Below are positions 18,320 through 29,591 of a stretch of DNA of 64,000 nt, one piece after another (position 1 is the stretch's first letter; each line of letters starts with the position of its first letter). Source of the stretch: an uncultured Alphaproteobacteria bacterium (GTDB taxonomy: Bacteria > Pseudomonadota > Alphaproteobacteria > Rhizobiales > CAWCWK01); the NCBI GenBank assembly GCA_963842125.1, contig CAWJFE010000001.1, positions 1,475,592 to 1,539,591 of the forward strand, in the 5' to 3' direction. A program made the translations under genes and the position numbers. The notes beneath the pieces are model-generated. The model was not told the DNA's origin, did not search any database, and was given only the letters and a program-made list of their open reading frames with translations.

Positions 18320-20092
18320 ATGCCCTATAGCACGCCCGTCGCCGATATCCGCCACGCTCTGGCCGCCGCCGGGCTCGATCGCCTGATCGCCGACGGCCTG
18401 CTGCCGGACCTCTCCGACGATCTCCTCGACGCTATCCTCGAAGAGGGCGGCAAGTTCGCGACCGACGTCGTCGCGCCCCTCAACCGCATCGGAGACGTAG
18501 AAGGCCTTACCCTTGAGGACGGCGAGGTCACGACGCCCAAGGGCTGGGTCGAGGCCTACCGCCAATATGTCGAGGCCGGCTGGGGCAGCGTTACGGCCGA
18601 AGCCGATCACGGCGGCCAGGGCCTGCCGACGATGCTCGGCATGGCGCTCTCGGAGATGTGGAATGCGGCCAGCATCGCCTTCGGTCTCTGCCCCGTTCTC
18701 ACCGCCGGCGCCGTCGAAGCGCTCGAGGCGCACGGCTCCGATGCGCTGAAGGCGACCTATCTCGACAAGCTCGTCTCCGGCGAATGGACTGGCACGATGA
18801 ACCTGACCGAGCCGCAGGCCGGCTCCGATCTCTCGGCCCTGCGTAGCCGCGCCGTGCGCCAGGACGATGGCAGCTACAAGATCACGGGAACGAAGATCTA
18901 CATCACCTATGGCGAGCACGACATGGCGGAGAACATCTGCCATCTCGTCCTCGCCCGCCTGCCCGATGCACCGGAGGGCACGCGCGGCATCTCGCTCTTC
19001 CTCGTTCCGAAATTCCTCGTCGATGAGGATGGCAGTCTCGGCGCGCGCAACGACCTGCGTTGCTCCGGCCTCGAGCACAAGCTCGGCATCCACGCTTCAC
19101 CGACCTGCACCATGGTCTTCGGCGACGAGGGCGGCGCGACGGGCTGGCTCATCGGGGAAGAGAACAAGGGCCTGCGCTGCATGTTCACGATGATGAACAA
19201 CGCCCGCCTTCAAGTCGGTATCCAGGGCGTCGCCATCGCGGACCGGGCCACGCAGGGCGCGATCGACTACGCGGCCGAGCGCAGGCAGGGCCGCGCGGAC
19301 GGCCGGCGCGATGGGGAAATGTCCGCCATCGTCGAGCATCCCGACATCAAGCGCACCCTCCTCACGATGCGCGCCTATACGGCGGCATCGCGCGCCATCT
19401 GCCTTGCCTGCGCCGAGGCATTGGACCGCGCCGCTCTTGGCGACGACGATGCGGAGAAGGCCAAGGCCGCCATCCGCGCCAACATCCTCACGCCCATCGC
19501 GAAGGCGTTCTCGACCGATATCGGCGTCGATGTCGCCAACATGGGCGTTCAGGTCCATGGCGGCATGGGTTTCGTCGAAGAAACCGGCGCGGCGCAGCAT
19601 CTGCGGGATGCCCGCATCCTGCCGATCTACGAGGGTACCAACGGCATCCAGGCCATCGACCTCGTCACCCGCAAGCTGACGCTGGAGAACGGTGATGCCG
19701 TTCGCGAGCTCATCGCTGGCTACCGCGGGATCGCCGAGGAGCTTCGCGGCTCGAACAGCGAAACCTTCGGCCGCTCCGCCAAGCGCCTCACCGATGCGCT
19801 CGATGCGGTCGAGGGCGCGACCGAGTGGATGCTGGAAGCGCTCGCCCGCGATCCCAACGAGGCACTCGCGACCGCGACACCGTACCTCCGTCTCTTCGGC
19901 CTGGCCGCCGGCGGCGCCTATCTGGCTCGCGAGGCGCTGCGCGAAGGCGCCGACGGCAAGGACGACGTCCGCGCACGTACGCTGCGCCATTTCGCGGAAA
20001 TGCACCTCGCGGAGACGGCCAGCCTCCTCGATATCGTTACCGAAGGTGGGACTGTGGTACTAGAGACGGACCATATTCGTCTTGCGAGCTGA
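18320..20092 (+). CDS. Acyl-CoA dehydrogenase, long (about 590 aa) form with extra C-terminal domain
   Basis: Acyl-CoA dehydrogenase N, middle and C domains ([16 protein letters not shown], ...[31 protein letters not shown]). Start ATG 18320. Confidence 0.9.
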   Translation: MPYSTPVADIRHALAAAGLDRLIADGLLPDLSDDLLDAILEEGGKFATDVVAPLNRIGDVEGLTLEDGEVTTPKGWVEAYRQYVEAGWGSVTAEADHGGQGLPTMLGMALSEMWNAASIAFGLCPVLTAGAVEALEAHGSDALKATYLDKLVSGEWTGTMNLTEPQAGSDLSALRSRAVRQDDGSYKITGTKIYITYGEHDMAENICHLVLARLPDAPEGTRGISLFLVPKFLVDEDGSLGARNDLRCSGLEHKLGIHASPTCTMVFGDEGGATGWLIGEENKGLRCMFTMMNNARLQVGIQGVAIADRATQGAIDYAAERRQGRADGRRDGEMSAIVEHPDIKRTLLTMRAYTAASRAICLACAEALDRAALGDDDAEKAKAAIRANILTPIAKAFSTDIGVDVANMGVQVHGGMGFVEETGAAQHLRDARILPIYEGTNGIQAIDLVTRKLTLENGDAVRELIAGYRGIAEELRGSNSETFGRSAKRLTDALDAVEGATEWMLEALARDPNEALATATPYLRLFGLAAGGAYLAREALREGADGKDDVRARTLRHFAEMHLAETASLLDIVTEGGTVVLETDHIRLAS

Positions 20093-20097
20093 CTGCC

Positions 20098-20511
20098 ATG
20101 CCCTTTCCGACATTCGCGCTGTGGCAGATCCTCGTCGCCGCGATCGCCAGCTTTGTCTTTGGCTCTGTCTGGTACGGGTCGCTCTCAAAGCCGTGAATGA
20201 CAGCGCTTGGGCGAACGCGCGAGGAGCTCGCGGCCAAGGGGTCGCCCGCCGTGCCGATGGTGATCGCGATCGTCGCGCAGTTCGTCATGGCCTACACGCT
20301 GGCGAGCATCCTCGCGCTATCGCGCGGCGAAACGCTATCGGTCGGCGCAGCTCTCGGGATCGCCTTTACCGTCTGGCTTGGCTTCGTGATGACGGCCATG
20401 GTGACCAACCATCGTTTCGGCGGCGCGAACTGGTCGCTCACGGTGATCGACGGAGCGCATTGGCTGGGCGTGCTCGCCGTCCAAGCAATCGTCCTGGCGC
20501 TCCTCGTATAG
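20098..20511 (+). pseudogene. DUF1761 membrane protein gene interrupted by an in-frame TGA (20194-20196)
   Basis: MPFPTFALWQILVAAIASFVFGSVWYGSLSKP-TGA-MTALGRTREEL... is one continuous frame. As I recall the family, the stop sits where it has Trp (GKAWMxALGK). Confidence 0.7.
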
Positions 20512-20713
20512 CTGGACATCGCCGCTACGGAGTCCCGAGTCACGGCAGCAGTCTTACGTATCTTGCTGATCGCGATGCTCTCGGCTGGCAATTCGACACG
20601 CTAGAGCCGCCTCGTCGAGCTAGCGTCACCTTCGACGACCGAGATGGTCATACTGCCCGCCGGGCTGCCGGCACACATGCACACGCCACTACCGAACATC
20701 AGAAGGCAGCCAC

Positions 20714-21574
20714 ATGACCGATCTCGCGAGCAAGACCCTCTTCATCACCGGCGCCAGCCGCGGCATCGGCCTGGCCATCGCCAAACGGGCGGCCAGGGAT
20801 GGCGCGAACGTCGTCGTCGCCGCCAAGACCGACAAGCCGCACCCCAAGCTCGAGGGCACCATCCACACCGCCGTCGAGGAGATTGAGCAAGCCGGCGGTA
20901 AGGGTCTCGCCGTCGTCTGCGACGTACGCGAGGAAGAGCAGGTCAAGACGGCCGTCGAGCAGGCCGTCGAGCGCTTCGGCGGCATCGACATCTGCATCAA
21001 CAACGCCTCCGCGATCCAGCTCACCAAGATCGGCGAGACCCCGATGCGCCGCTTCGACCTGATGCATCACGTCGGCCCGCGCGCGGCCTACATGGTCTCC
21101 AAGTATTGCATTCCCCACATGAAGGCCGAACGCAGCCCCCACATTCTCTTCCTGTCACCGCCGCTCGACATGCAGCCGAAATGGTTCGGCAATCACGCCG
21201 CCTATTCAATGGCCAAGTTCGGCATGTCGATGTGTTGCCTCGGCCTCTCCGGCGAATTGCGCAACCAGGGCATCGCCGTGAACGCGCTCTGGCCCCGCAC
21301 CACCATCGCGACAGCCGCCGTCCAGAACCTTTTGGGCGGCGACGCGATGGTGAAGGCCAGCCGCACGCCCGACATTCTCGCCGACGCCGCTCACGCGATT
21401 TTCCTGAAGGGCGCCGACTTCACCGGCAACTTCCTCATCGACGACACGTTCCTCGCGGCGGAGGGAGTCAACGATTTCAGCCACTATCGTGTCGATCCGA
21501 CACAGAAGCTCTTCGTTGATTTCTTCGTACCGGACGACATTCCCGCGCCTGAGAGTCTCGACGCGATCCGGTAG
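20714..21574 (+). CDS. SDR-family oxidoreductase
   Basis: TLFITGASRGIGLAIAKRAARDGANVVV (TGxxxGIG) plus a catalytic YxxxK region. Confidence 0.9.
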   Translation: MTDLASKTLFITGASRGIGLAIAKRAARDGANVVVAAKTDKPHPKLEGTIHTAVEEIEQAGGKGLAVVCDVREEEQVKTAVEQAVERFGGIDICINNASAIQLTKIGETPMRRFDLMHHVGPRAAYMVSKYCIPHMKAERSPHILFLSPPLDMQPKWFGNHAAYSMAKFGMSMCCLGLSGELRNQGIAVNALWPRTTIATAAVQNLLGGDAMVKASRTPDILADAAHAIFLKGADFTGNFLIDDTFLAAEGVNDFSHYRVDPTQKLFVDFFVPDDIPAPESLDAIR

Positions 21575-21667
21575 AAATTGGCATCTGCGAAATGGTTCCC
21601 GCCTGCCGCAATGCGATCACACTCGATTTGTAGATCGCGGCCTCATTAACTTGTTGAGGCGTACCTC

Positions 21668-22012
21668 ATGAACCGCATCGTCGTTGCCGTAGCCGCGCTC
21701 GCCATCTCCGCCTCCGCTGCATCGGCGGACGTCCTTCAGTCCGGCAAGGCGTCTTGGTACAAGATGGGGCACACAACGGCGAACGGCGAAGCCTACGATC
21801 CGGACGGTCTGACGGCCGCGCATCGCACGCTGCCCTTCGGCACGAAGGTCAAGATCCGCGATCGCAACTCGGGCGCCGAAGTCGTCGTTCGCATCAACGA
21901 TCGCGGCCCCTTCGTCGGCAACCGGGTCATCGATCTCTCCCGCGGCGCGGCGCGCTCGCTCGGCATGATCAACAAAGGTGTTACCAGCGTCGACATCATC
22001 GCGCTAAACTGA
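21668..22012 (+). CDS. RlpA-like double-psi beta-barrel (septal ring lytic transglycosylase family) protein
   Basis: Signal peptide, then GKASWY...TANGEAYDPDGLTAAHRTLPFGTKVKIRDRNSGAEVVVRINDRGPF. Confidence 0.85.
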   Translation: MNRIVVAVAALAISASAASADVLQSGKASWYKMGHTTANGEAYDPDGLTAAHRTLPFGTKVKIRDRNSGAEVVVRINDRGPFVGNRVIDLSRGAARSLGMINKGVTSVDIIALN

Positions 22013-22018
22013 GACAGC

Positions 22019-22999
22019 TTACTGTTTGACGACGATACAGGCGCCGCCGCTGCTGCGGACGGCGCCGCAGAGTGCCTCCGCTTTCTGGCGTGACGGTGCG
22101 CCGAGCGCGGCGCGATAGAGCGGTTTGGGGCCACGGGTCCGCACCGTTGCCCGGGTGACGTTCAACGGTCCGCCCGCGAAAGCCGACGGCGACTTCCGCT
22201 TCGCCCGCTCGAATGCTGCAACCGCGATATGTTGCTTGAAATGCGCGGAGATCTGCGCACCCCACGGAAGCGTCGGCGCGCCCTTCGGCGGCTTCTCCTT
22301 TCGCAGCAGCGCCGGTAGGCGTTCGCAGGCGGGTTGGAAGGGTAGGTTGGGGGCTAGGGCCAGGTCGGGGGTGGCCGCGTCCGTCTTGCGCCAGTGATCG
22401 GCGGGGTGGCGGGTGATGATGCGGACGTAGTTCTCGGTCTCGAGGGCGAGGGAGGCGCGGCCGGCTAGCCAGTTGGAGACGCGGTTGGGGCCTCCGTTGT
22501 AGGCGGCGGCGGCCAGGCCGAGGTTGCCGAAGCGGTTGTGGAGATGGCGCAGGAACTGGGCCGAGGCCGCGATGGCCTGGCGCGGATCGTCGGGGTCGTC
22601 GAGGCCGCGCTCCTTTGCCGTGTAGGGCATGAACTGGGCGATGCCTTGTGCGCCGACGGGCGAGCGGGCGTAGCGGTCGAAGCGGCTTTCCTGCCAGATG
22701 AGGCGGGCGAGGAACTCGGGCGGCAATGCGTGGGCTCGGGCGTTGAGCTCGATCATGCGGCAGATGCCGGCGGTGTAGATCTCGCGCTCGGTCTTCTCCT
22801 TGGGCGCGGCGGGCTTGCGCAGGCCTTCGGGCAACGCCATCGGCAGCATCGGCTTTGGTGGGATGAGGATCGCGACGGCTTCGGGCTGCGCCTCGACGAC
22901 GGGCGCGCGCTCCGGCTCTTCGGCGGACACGGCGATGATGCCGCCGATCGCGAGGCCTGCGGTGATCGCCAATAGGGGTGCAAGGCTTCGGGTCGACAT
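22019..22999 (-). CDS. Lytic transglycosylase (SLT domain) protein
   Basis: LIWQESRFDRYARSPVGAQGIAQFMPYTA...AAAYNGGPNRV, with an N-terminal signal/anchor. Confidence 0.85.
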   Translation of the reverse strand: MSTRSLAPLLAITAGLAIGGIIAVSAEEPERAPVVEAQPEAVAILIPPKPMLPMALPEGLRKPAAPKEKTEREIYTAGICRMIELNARAHALPPEFLARLIWQESRFDRYARSPVGAQGIAQFMPYTAKERGLDDPDDPRQAIAASAQFLRHLHNRFGNLGLAAAAYNGGPNRVSNWLAGRASLALETENYVRIITRHPADHWRKTDAATPDLALAPNLPFQPACERLPALLRKEKPPKGAPTLPWGAQISAHFKQHIAVAAFERAKRKSPSAFAGGPLNVTRATVRTRGPKPLYRAALGAPSRQKAEALCGAVRSSGGACIVVKQ

Positions 23000-23187
23000 C
23001 GCACCGCTCTTCGCTTCGGGACTTACATCAACCGATAGGCGAGGCTTGTGTCAGGCAAGCGTCGATCGCGCCATTGCCGACAGGCGATCGTAAGCTGTGG
23101 CGCGTCGGCATCATAAACATGCGGCTGATGCACAAATGTCGATGACGGGCGCCGCGCGGGCCGGGTGGGCCCGCGCGGGTGTCTGAT

Positions 23188-23210
23188 GGAGCCCCGGGTG
23201 GGGGGGCTCC
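23188..23210. terminator. GC-rich hairpin just downstream of cspA
   Basis: ggagcccc / ggggctcc stem 8-30 nt after the csp stop. A second hairpin (gcgcgggcc / ggcccgcgc) follows at about 23153-23180. No U-tract. Confidence 0.35.
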
Positions 23211-23217
23211 GGGGGGC

Positions 23218-23433
23218 TTAGCCCGCGCTCTGGAGGTTCACGGCCTGCGGGCCGCGGCCCCGGCGGTCGTCCTCGAGCTCGAAGGAGACCTTCTGGCCCT
23301 CGACGAGCGGGGGCAGGTTCGAGCGCTCGACGGCGGAGGCGTGGACGAAGACGTCCTTGCCGCCATCATCGGGCGCGATGAAGCCGAAGCCCTTGGTGGT
23401 GTTGAAGAACTTGACTGTTCCGGTCTGTGACAT
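23218..23433 (-). CDS. cspA: Cold-shock protein (CspA family)
   Basis: MSQTGTVKFFNTTKGFGFIAPDDGGKDVFVHASAV... Start ATG 23433, preceded by GGAGAGGAG. Confidence 0.95.
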   Translation of the reverse strand: MSQTGTVKFFNTTKGFGFIAPDDGGKDVFVHASAVERSNLPPLVEGQKVSFELEDDRRGRGPQAVNLQSAG

Positions 23434-23707
23434 GGGGGGAACTCCTCTCCCGGGTAAGTCGAAGGCTGGGAGGGTAGACGAAGCGCCCCGACCGTCCATG
23501 GGACATGCGAGACACCAGGCGAAAACTCAGGCCGGCGATCGAGTGCGCTGTGTGCGCGTCTACCATGTGGACGCGTTGCCGGCCGGGCGCAAGACCCGAC
23601 CGCGATCAAATCTCGCGCCGGCGCGAACCCCGCCAAGGTTCGGTTCAAGATTTCTCAAGGCAGAGTAAGGCTTCTGCCGACTTCCTCTAGGTAAGGACAT
23701 CTTGACG

Positions 23708-24241
23708 TTACCGCCGCCGCCGCGCCGTCCTCGACCTCGTCGCCCGTCCGGCTTCCCGTCTGGCCTCTCGTCTGGCCTCCTCCTTTGCCACCCTCTTCGC
23801 CTCCTCCTTCGCCTCCGCCTTCCGGGCCTTCTCCTCGGCCTCCCGCGCGGAGACGATGCGGTATTGCTCTTCGAGAATGGGCCGCCAGGGCGCCTTCTGG
23901 GCGAGGATGGCGGCGCGGTGGACCTGCCAGCAGAGGATGGGGAGGCCGGCGCAGGCGCGGGCGCGCCGGCAGGCGGGCATGTCGCAATCGGGCCAGAGGC
24001 CGAGCTCGTCGGAGCAGCGGCGCTCTATGCAGTGGATGTCGCGCCAGTCCATGGGGCGCGGATCGGGCGGCGTGCGCCAATGGGAGACATCGTGGCCGGC
24101 CGCGCGGGCGCTCGCCTTGGCGCGTTTGATGGCGCGGCGGACGGAGGCGCGGGCCGAGCGCTGGGCGGCCGGGCGGCCCTTGGGGCGGTTCTTGCGCACC
24201 CGCTCGCGTTCGGCGGGCGTCTCGTCGGGTCGGCGTGTCAT
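23708..24241 (-). CDS. Hypothetical protein with Cys-rich core and Lys/Glu/Arg-rich tail
   Basis: Only the last 177 codons of track ORF 23708..25252 look coding. ATG 24241 is preceded by GGAGAGGAG. Includes HCIERRCSDELGLWPDCDMPACRRARACAG... No family recognised. Confidence 0.45.
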   Translation of the reverse strand: MTRRPDETPAERERVRKNRPKGRPAAQRSARASVRRAIKRAKASARAAGHDVSHWRTPPDPRPMDWRDIHCIERRCSDELGLWPDCDMPACRRARACAGLPILCWQVHRAAILAQKAPWRPILEEQYRIVSAREAEEKARKAEAKEEAKRVAKEEARREARREAGRATRSRTARRRR

Positions 24242-24867
24242 GCGGGCTCCTCTCCTGACGAGGCGTCGGCGCATCGCTCGCGCGCCTCCTGCGCCAAAAG
24301 CTCCGCGCGCGCGAGCGGGCGGAGGTGGGGCGTCTCGGGTGCCCATCCGGCGGACCGGAGAGGCGCGGGGGCGACGGCCAGGCCGCAGGCCCTTTCGGAC
24401 CTCAAGTGGTGGGTGTGCGACGACCACGCGCCGCCCCCGCATAAGCGGCGACTTGATGATGGCTGAGCCACCCGTTCGCACGCCCCGCGCTTCGGCGGAT
24501 CGCGGCCGGCGCGCCCGATGGCCCGAGGGATGACCCAGGGGCGCCACGAGCGCGGACCGGCGGCGAGACCGCCTTAAGCCCCATGACCCCGCATCGGCGA
24601 AGCCGGGACGGCCGGGTCGTCTCCTTCGACGCGAGCAGGCGAGGTTGCCCTTGCCCACCCGCTCAGGTGCCCGACGGACGGATTGGCGCGCGACCCCTCG
24701 GGACCAGGGCGGACCGGACCACCCCGGGCGCGAGCGCCGCACCACCCCCCATGCGATCCCCGGTTCCGGATCACGGTGCCTCGTGGGAGGAGGTGACGCG
24801 ACCTTAACCGAGGCGAGGGGGGAGAAAACTCGCTTTTGTTGACCACCCCCGACCCGCCAACACGACG

Positions 24868-24950
24868 GCAGGGAGCGAAGGTCCCTTCCCATGAATGGGA
24901 AGGGATTTAGGGATGGGCTGATAGGCGCCGCAAGGCGCTGCGTCGCGACC
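24868..24950. repeat. About 80-nt repeat with palindromic core, copy 1
   Basis: ggcagggagcgaaggtcccttcccatgaatgggaagggatttagggatg plus a similar flank. The core ccttcccat-ga-atgggaagg is a perfect inverted repeat. Confidence 0.8.
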
Positions 24951-25378
24951 CCGTTGCACCCACCGCCGGGAGACCCGCTCGACCGCCACCGCCAACGCCA
25001 CCCCGCTATACGAGAGCTTTGATCATATCGCTCACGGCTAACGGCGCTGGCGCGCCGAACGCCTCCGCGAGGGCGGCCTGACCGGCCGACGCCCGGTCGG
25101 GCTTTGACAGGCTGGCTTCCAGCTTCGCGGCCGAAGACACGGTCGGCCGACACCGGTACTGCGCTTCCAGCGGACGGCGCCTTCCGCGAGAACTGCACGG
25201 TCGCCATCGGCAAACGCGTGGTGGGCTGCACCAAGCCGCTCTGGCTGCGCATCGGCGGCTACTGGTATCCGCGCGGCGGCATCCCGATCGACGTCTTCTG
25301 GCAGACGGGCACGCTACCGGACGGGGTGTGGGTGCCGGAGCAGGGGATGCCGAATTACCGAGGCCGCGGCTAGGCGCC

Positions 25379-25460
25379 GGCAGGGAGCGAAGGTTCCTTC
25401 CCATGAATGGGAAGGGATTTAGGGATGAGTTGAAACGCGCCGCTAGAGCGCTTGCCGCGC
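25379..25460. repeat. About 80-nt repeat with palindromic core, copy 2
   Basis: Differs from copy 1 at one position over the 49-nt core (ggtcc vs ggttc). Same orientation, 511 nt downstream. Confidence 0.8.
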
Positions 25461-25680
25461 TTAAAGCGTCATTCTGCGGTGTCGTCAGGGATGAGATGAG
25501 ATTGTAGGCGAAGCATGAATCCAATCTGACATATTCAGAAAACGGATTCGCTCGGCAGCACGGCCAGTCTCGATAGGTGGACGCCTTCGCTTCTTCCAAG
25601 CGATAACGCCTTAGAGACCTCTCTCCGAAACCGCTTCGTTGCGTCTGATAGTTCGCCAAACACATAATGCGCCGTGGCCG

Positions 25681-26568
25681 CTAATCCGCATCATCAGTTG
25701 TGCGAAGCCGAAGGAAAAGATCCGCAACACGCTCTACATTCTCAACCCAGCACCTGAGATCGTCTTTGTAAAGGGAGCGAACCTGCTTGTAAGTTGGTCC
25801 GGGCTCAACTGAGATCGTGTTGCCTATACGCTTCTCGACTAAAATTTCAGTTGCTTATCAGTCTGCTAGAAATGGAAACCAACTCCTTTGAGTAAGGCCC
25901 ATAGGAACCTCGCTCATATCGAAGTTTAGTAGGGACCCCAGTTGTGGTCAGGAAATAAGCGATTTTTTGAAACACTGTTCGGCCTACGGGGCGGTGATAT
26001 CGCTCCCGCATAATGCGGGAGGCAACCCCGACAAGTGCGGTCGCAGAAGCATCGATACTCGTAGACGGCTCGGGGGATGCGCTATCTTCTAAAAAGCTGA
26101 AATCAAGCTGCTCGTTAGGAGTGTCATAACGACATAGAGTTCAACATCGATATCATACCGTCTAGAATGCTCAGAAGAGAAGAGGTCCAACGACATTCCA
26201 CTCCAAGTGTCCATTGCCACAACCTAGTGGCGGTACAGCAATCGACTTAACGCCCCAATCTTTGTATGACTTCTCCAGTGAAGCCAAGCCTTCTTTTAGT
26301 CAGAAAGTCGTGACAAAGACCGCCAGTGATCTTTGGTAGGAAAGTTGATAATAGCATGCTTGCTGTCTCTGAAAATATATGGCTCTCCGAGACGCACATC
26401 GCCGCGTTTGCAACGCTGGACGTAGTCCGTATACATCTCCGGAAATTCTTTTTTGAAAGCGAGAGCAATACCTTTGCCCATCACTCCAACGCAGTTGACA
26501 GTGTTGACCAAGGCATCCGCTTTGGAGTCTAGGAGATTGCCAATTTTTGCATTGATGATAGCCGTCAC
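25681..26568 (-). pseudogene. darG: darG-like antitoxin gene (macrodomain ADP-ribosyl glycohydrolase + C-terminal domain), disrupted by four frameshifts
   Basis: Frame A (26568-26299): MTAIINAKIGNLLDSKADALVNTVNCVGVMGKGIALAFKK...INFPTKDHWR. Frame B (26299-26174): LKEGLASLEKSYKDWGVKSIAVPPLGCGNGHLEW. Frame A: DIDVELYVV. Frame B (26092-25850): FQKIAYFLTTTGVPTKLRYERGSYGPYSKEL. Frame A runs to TAG 25683-25681. Confidence 0.8.
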
Positions 26569-27158
26569 GCCCTGCCGAAAAATAGTTCGGTAGATACCTC
26601 TGTCGGTAGGCTACGCCACTGCGCTTGCACGCGCTCGACAGCCCGCTCGCCACATACATATGCCCCCCTAACCATCACGGGAGGCACAACATAAGGAACT
26701 AGGACTTCTGCGCATTTCGCCGATTTCTTCCGCCAATACTCAATTATATCATCATCGTTCCAATATGTTGCGAATGTTCTATCGCGATCCACGATCCCGA
26801 TGCCGTGTGGCAATTCTGAAATCGGACGTAGCTGGAAGCCGCGTTTTGATCCGTCACGACAGCGCCAGTCGTATGAATGACAGCGCGGATCGACGCGCAG
26901 AACGCAAATGTTTCCTCTCTGATTGATCCTTTTCCAAAGCATTGGATTTCGAGCGCATATATATAGGTTTACATACTCATGAAGGCGAAGCCCGTTCGGA
27001 ACTCTTTTAGCCCGCCTCTGCTGAATTTCGTCATCTGCTATCGACTGATGAGTAACGTTTGACACCCGTTCATGAGAAGGCAAACCGTGCTGTCGAACAG
27101 ATGCGAGGTTGGCGATCGGCAGGATGTAGCAGACCTCTGTCAGCTCAGCTTCAATCAT
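26565..27158 (-). CDS. darT: DarT-like (DUF4433) DNA ADP-ribosyltransferase toxin; ORF open but probably corrupted internally
   Basis: 197 aa with HEYVNLYICARNPMLW, IVDRDRTFATYWNDDD and SAKCAEVLVPYVVPP. ATGA overlap with darG. The conserved TD.NAAS-type segment is only readable in the +1 frame (26884-26819). Confidence 0.7.
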   Translation of the reverse strand: MIEAELTEVCYILPIANLASVRQHGLPSHERVSNVTHQSIADDEIQQRRAKRVPNGLRLHEYVNLYICARNPMLWKRINQRGNICVLRVDPRCHSYDWRCRDGSKRGFQLRPISELPHGIGIVDRDRTFATYWNDDDIIEYWRKKSAKCAEVLVPYVVPPVMVRGAYVCGERAVERVQAQWRSLPTEVSTELFFGRA

Positions 27159-27160
27159 GC

Positions 27161-29530
<2,370 letters not shown>

Positions 29531-29591
29531 GCCGGCGAATATAGGGTGAACATCGCGGCAAGGGGAGGGCGGACGAGCCCTCTTTCGAGCG

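Noticed and set aside
23708-25665. Track ORFs of 514 codons (23708..25252) and 219 codons (25006..25665) spanning the repeat region.
   Set aside because: Apart from the last 177 codons of the first, the translations are low-complexity Arg/Pro/Gly strings. They cross the duplicated palindromic repeats, so the same peptide SLNPFPFMGR(D/N)LRSLP appears twice because the DNA repeat is translated. They are not credible genes.
25610-25812. Plus-strand open frame (…IVRQTHNAPWPLIRIISCAKPKEKIRNTLYILNPAPEIVFVKGANLL…) at the left edge of the islet, as a possible extra gene.
   Set aside because: It has no start codon and no recognisable family. It lies antisense to the C-terminal darG remnant, which explains the open frame.
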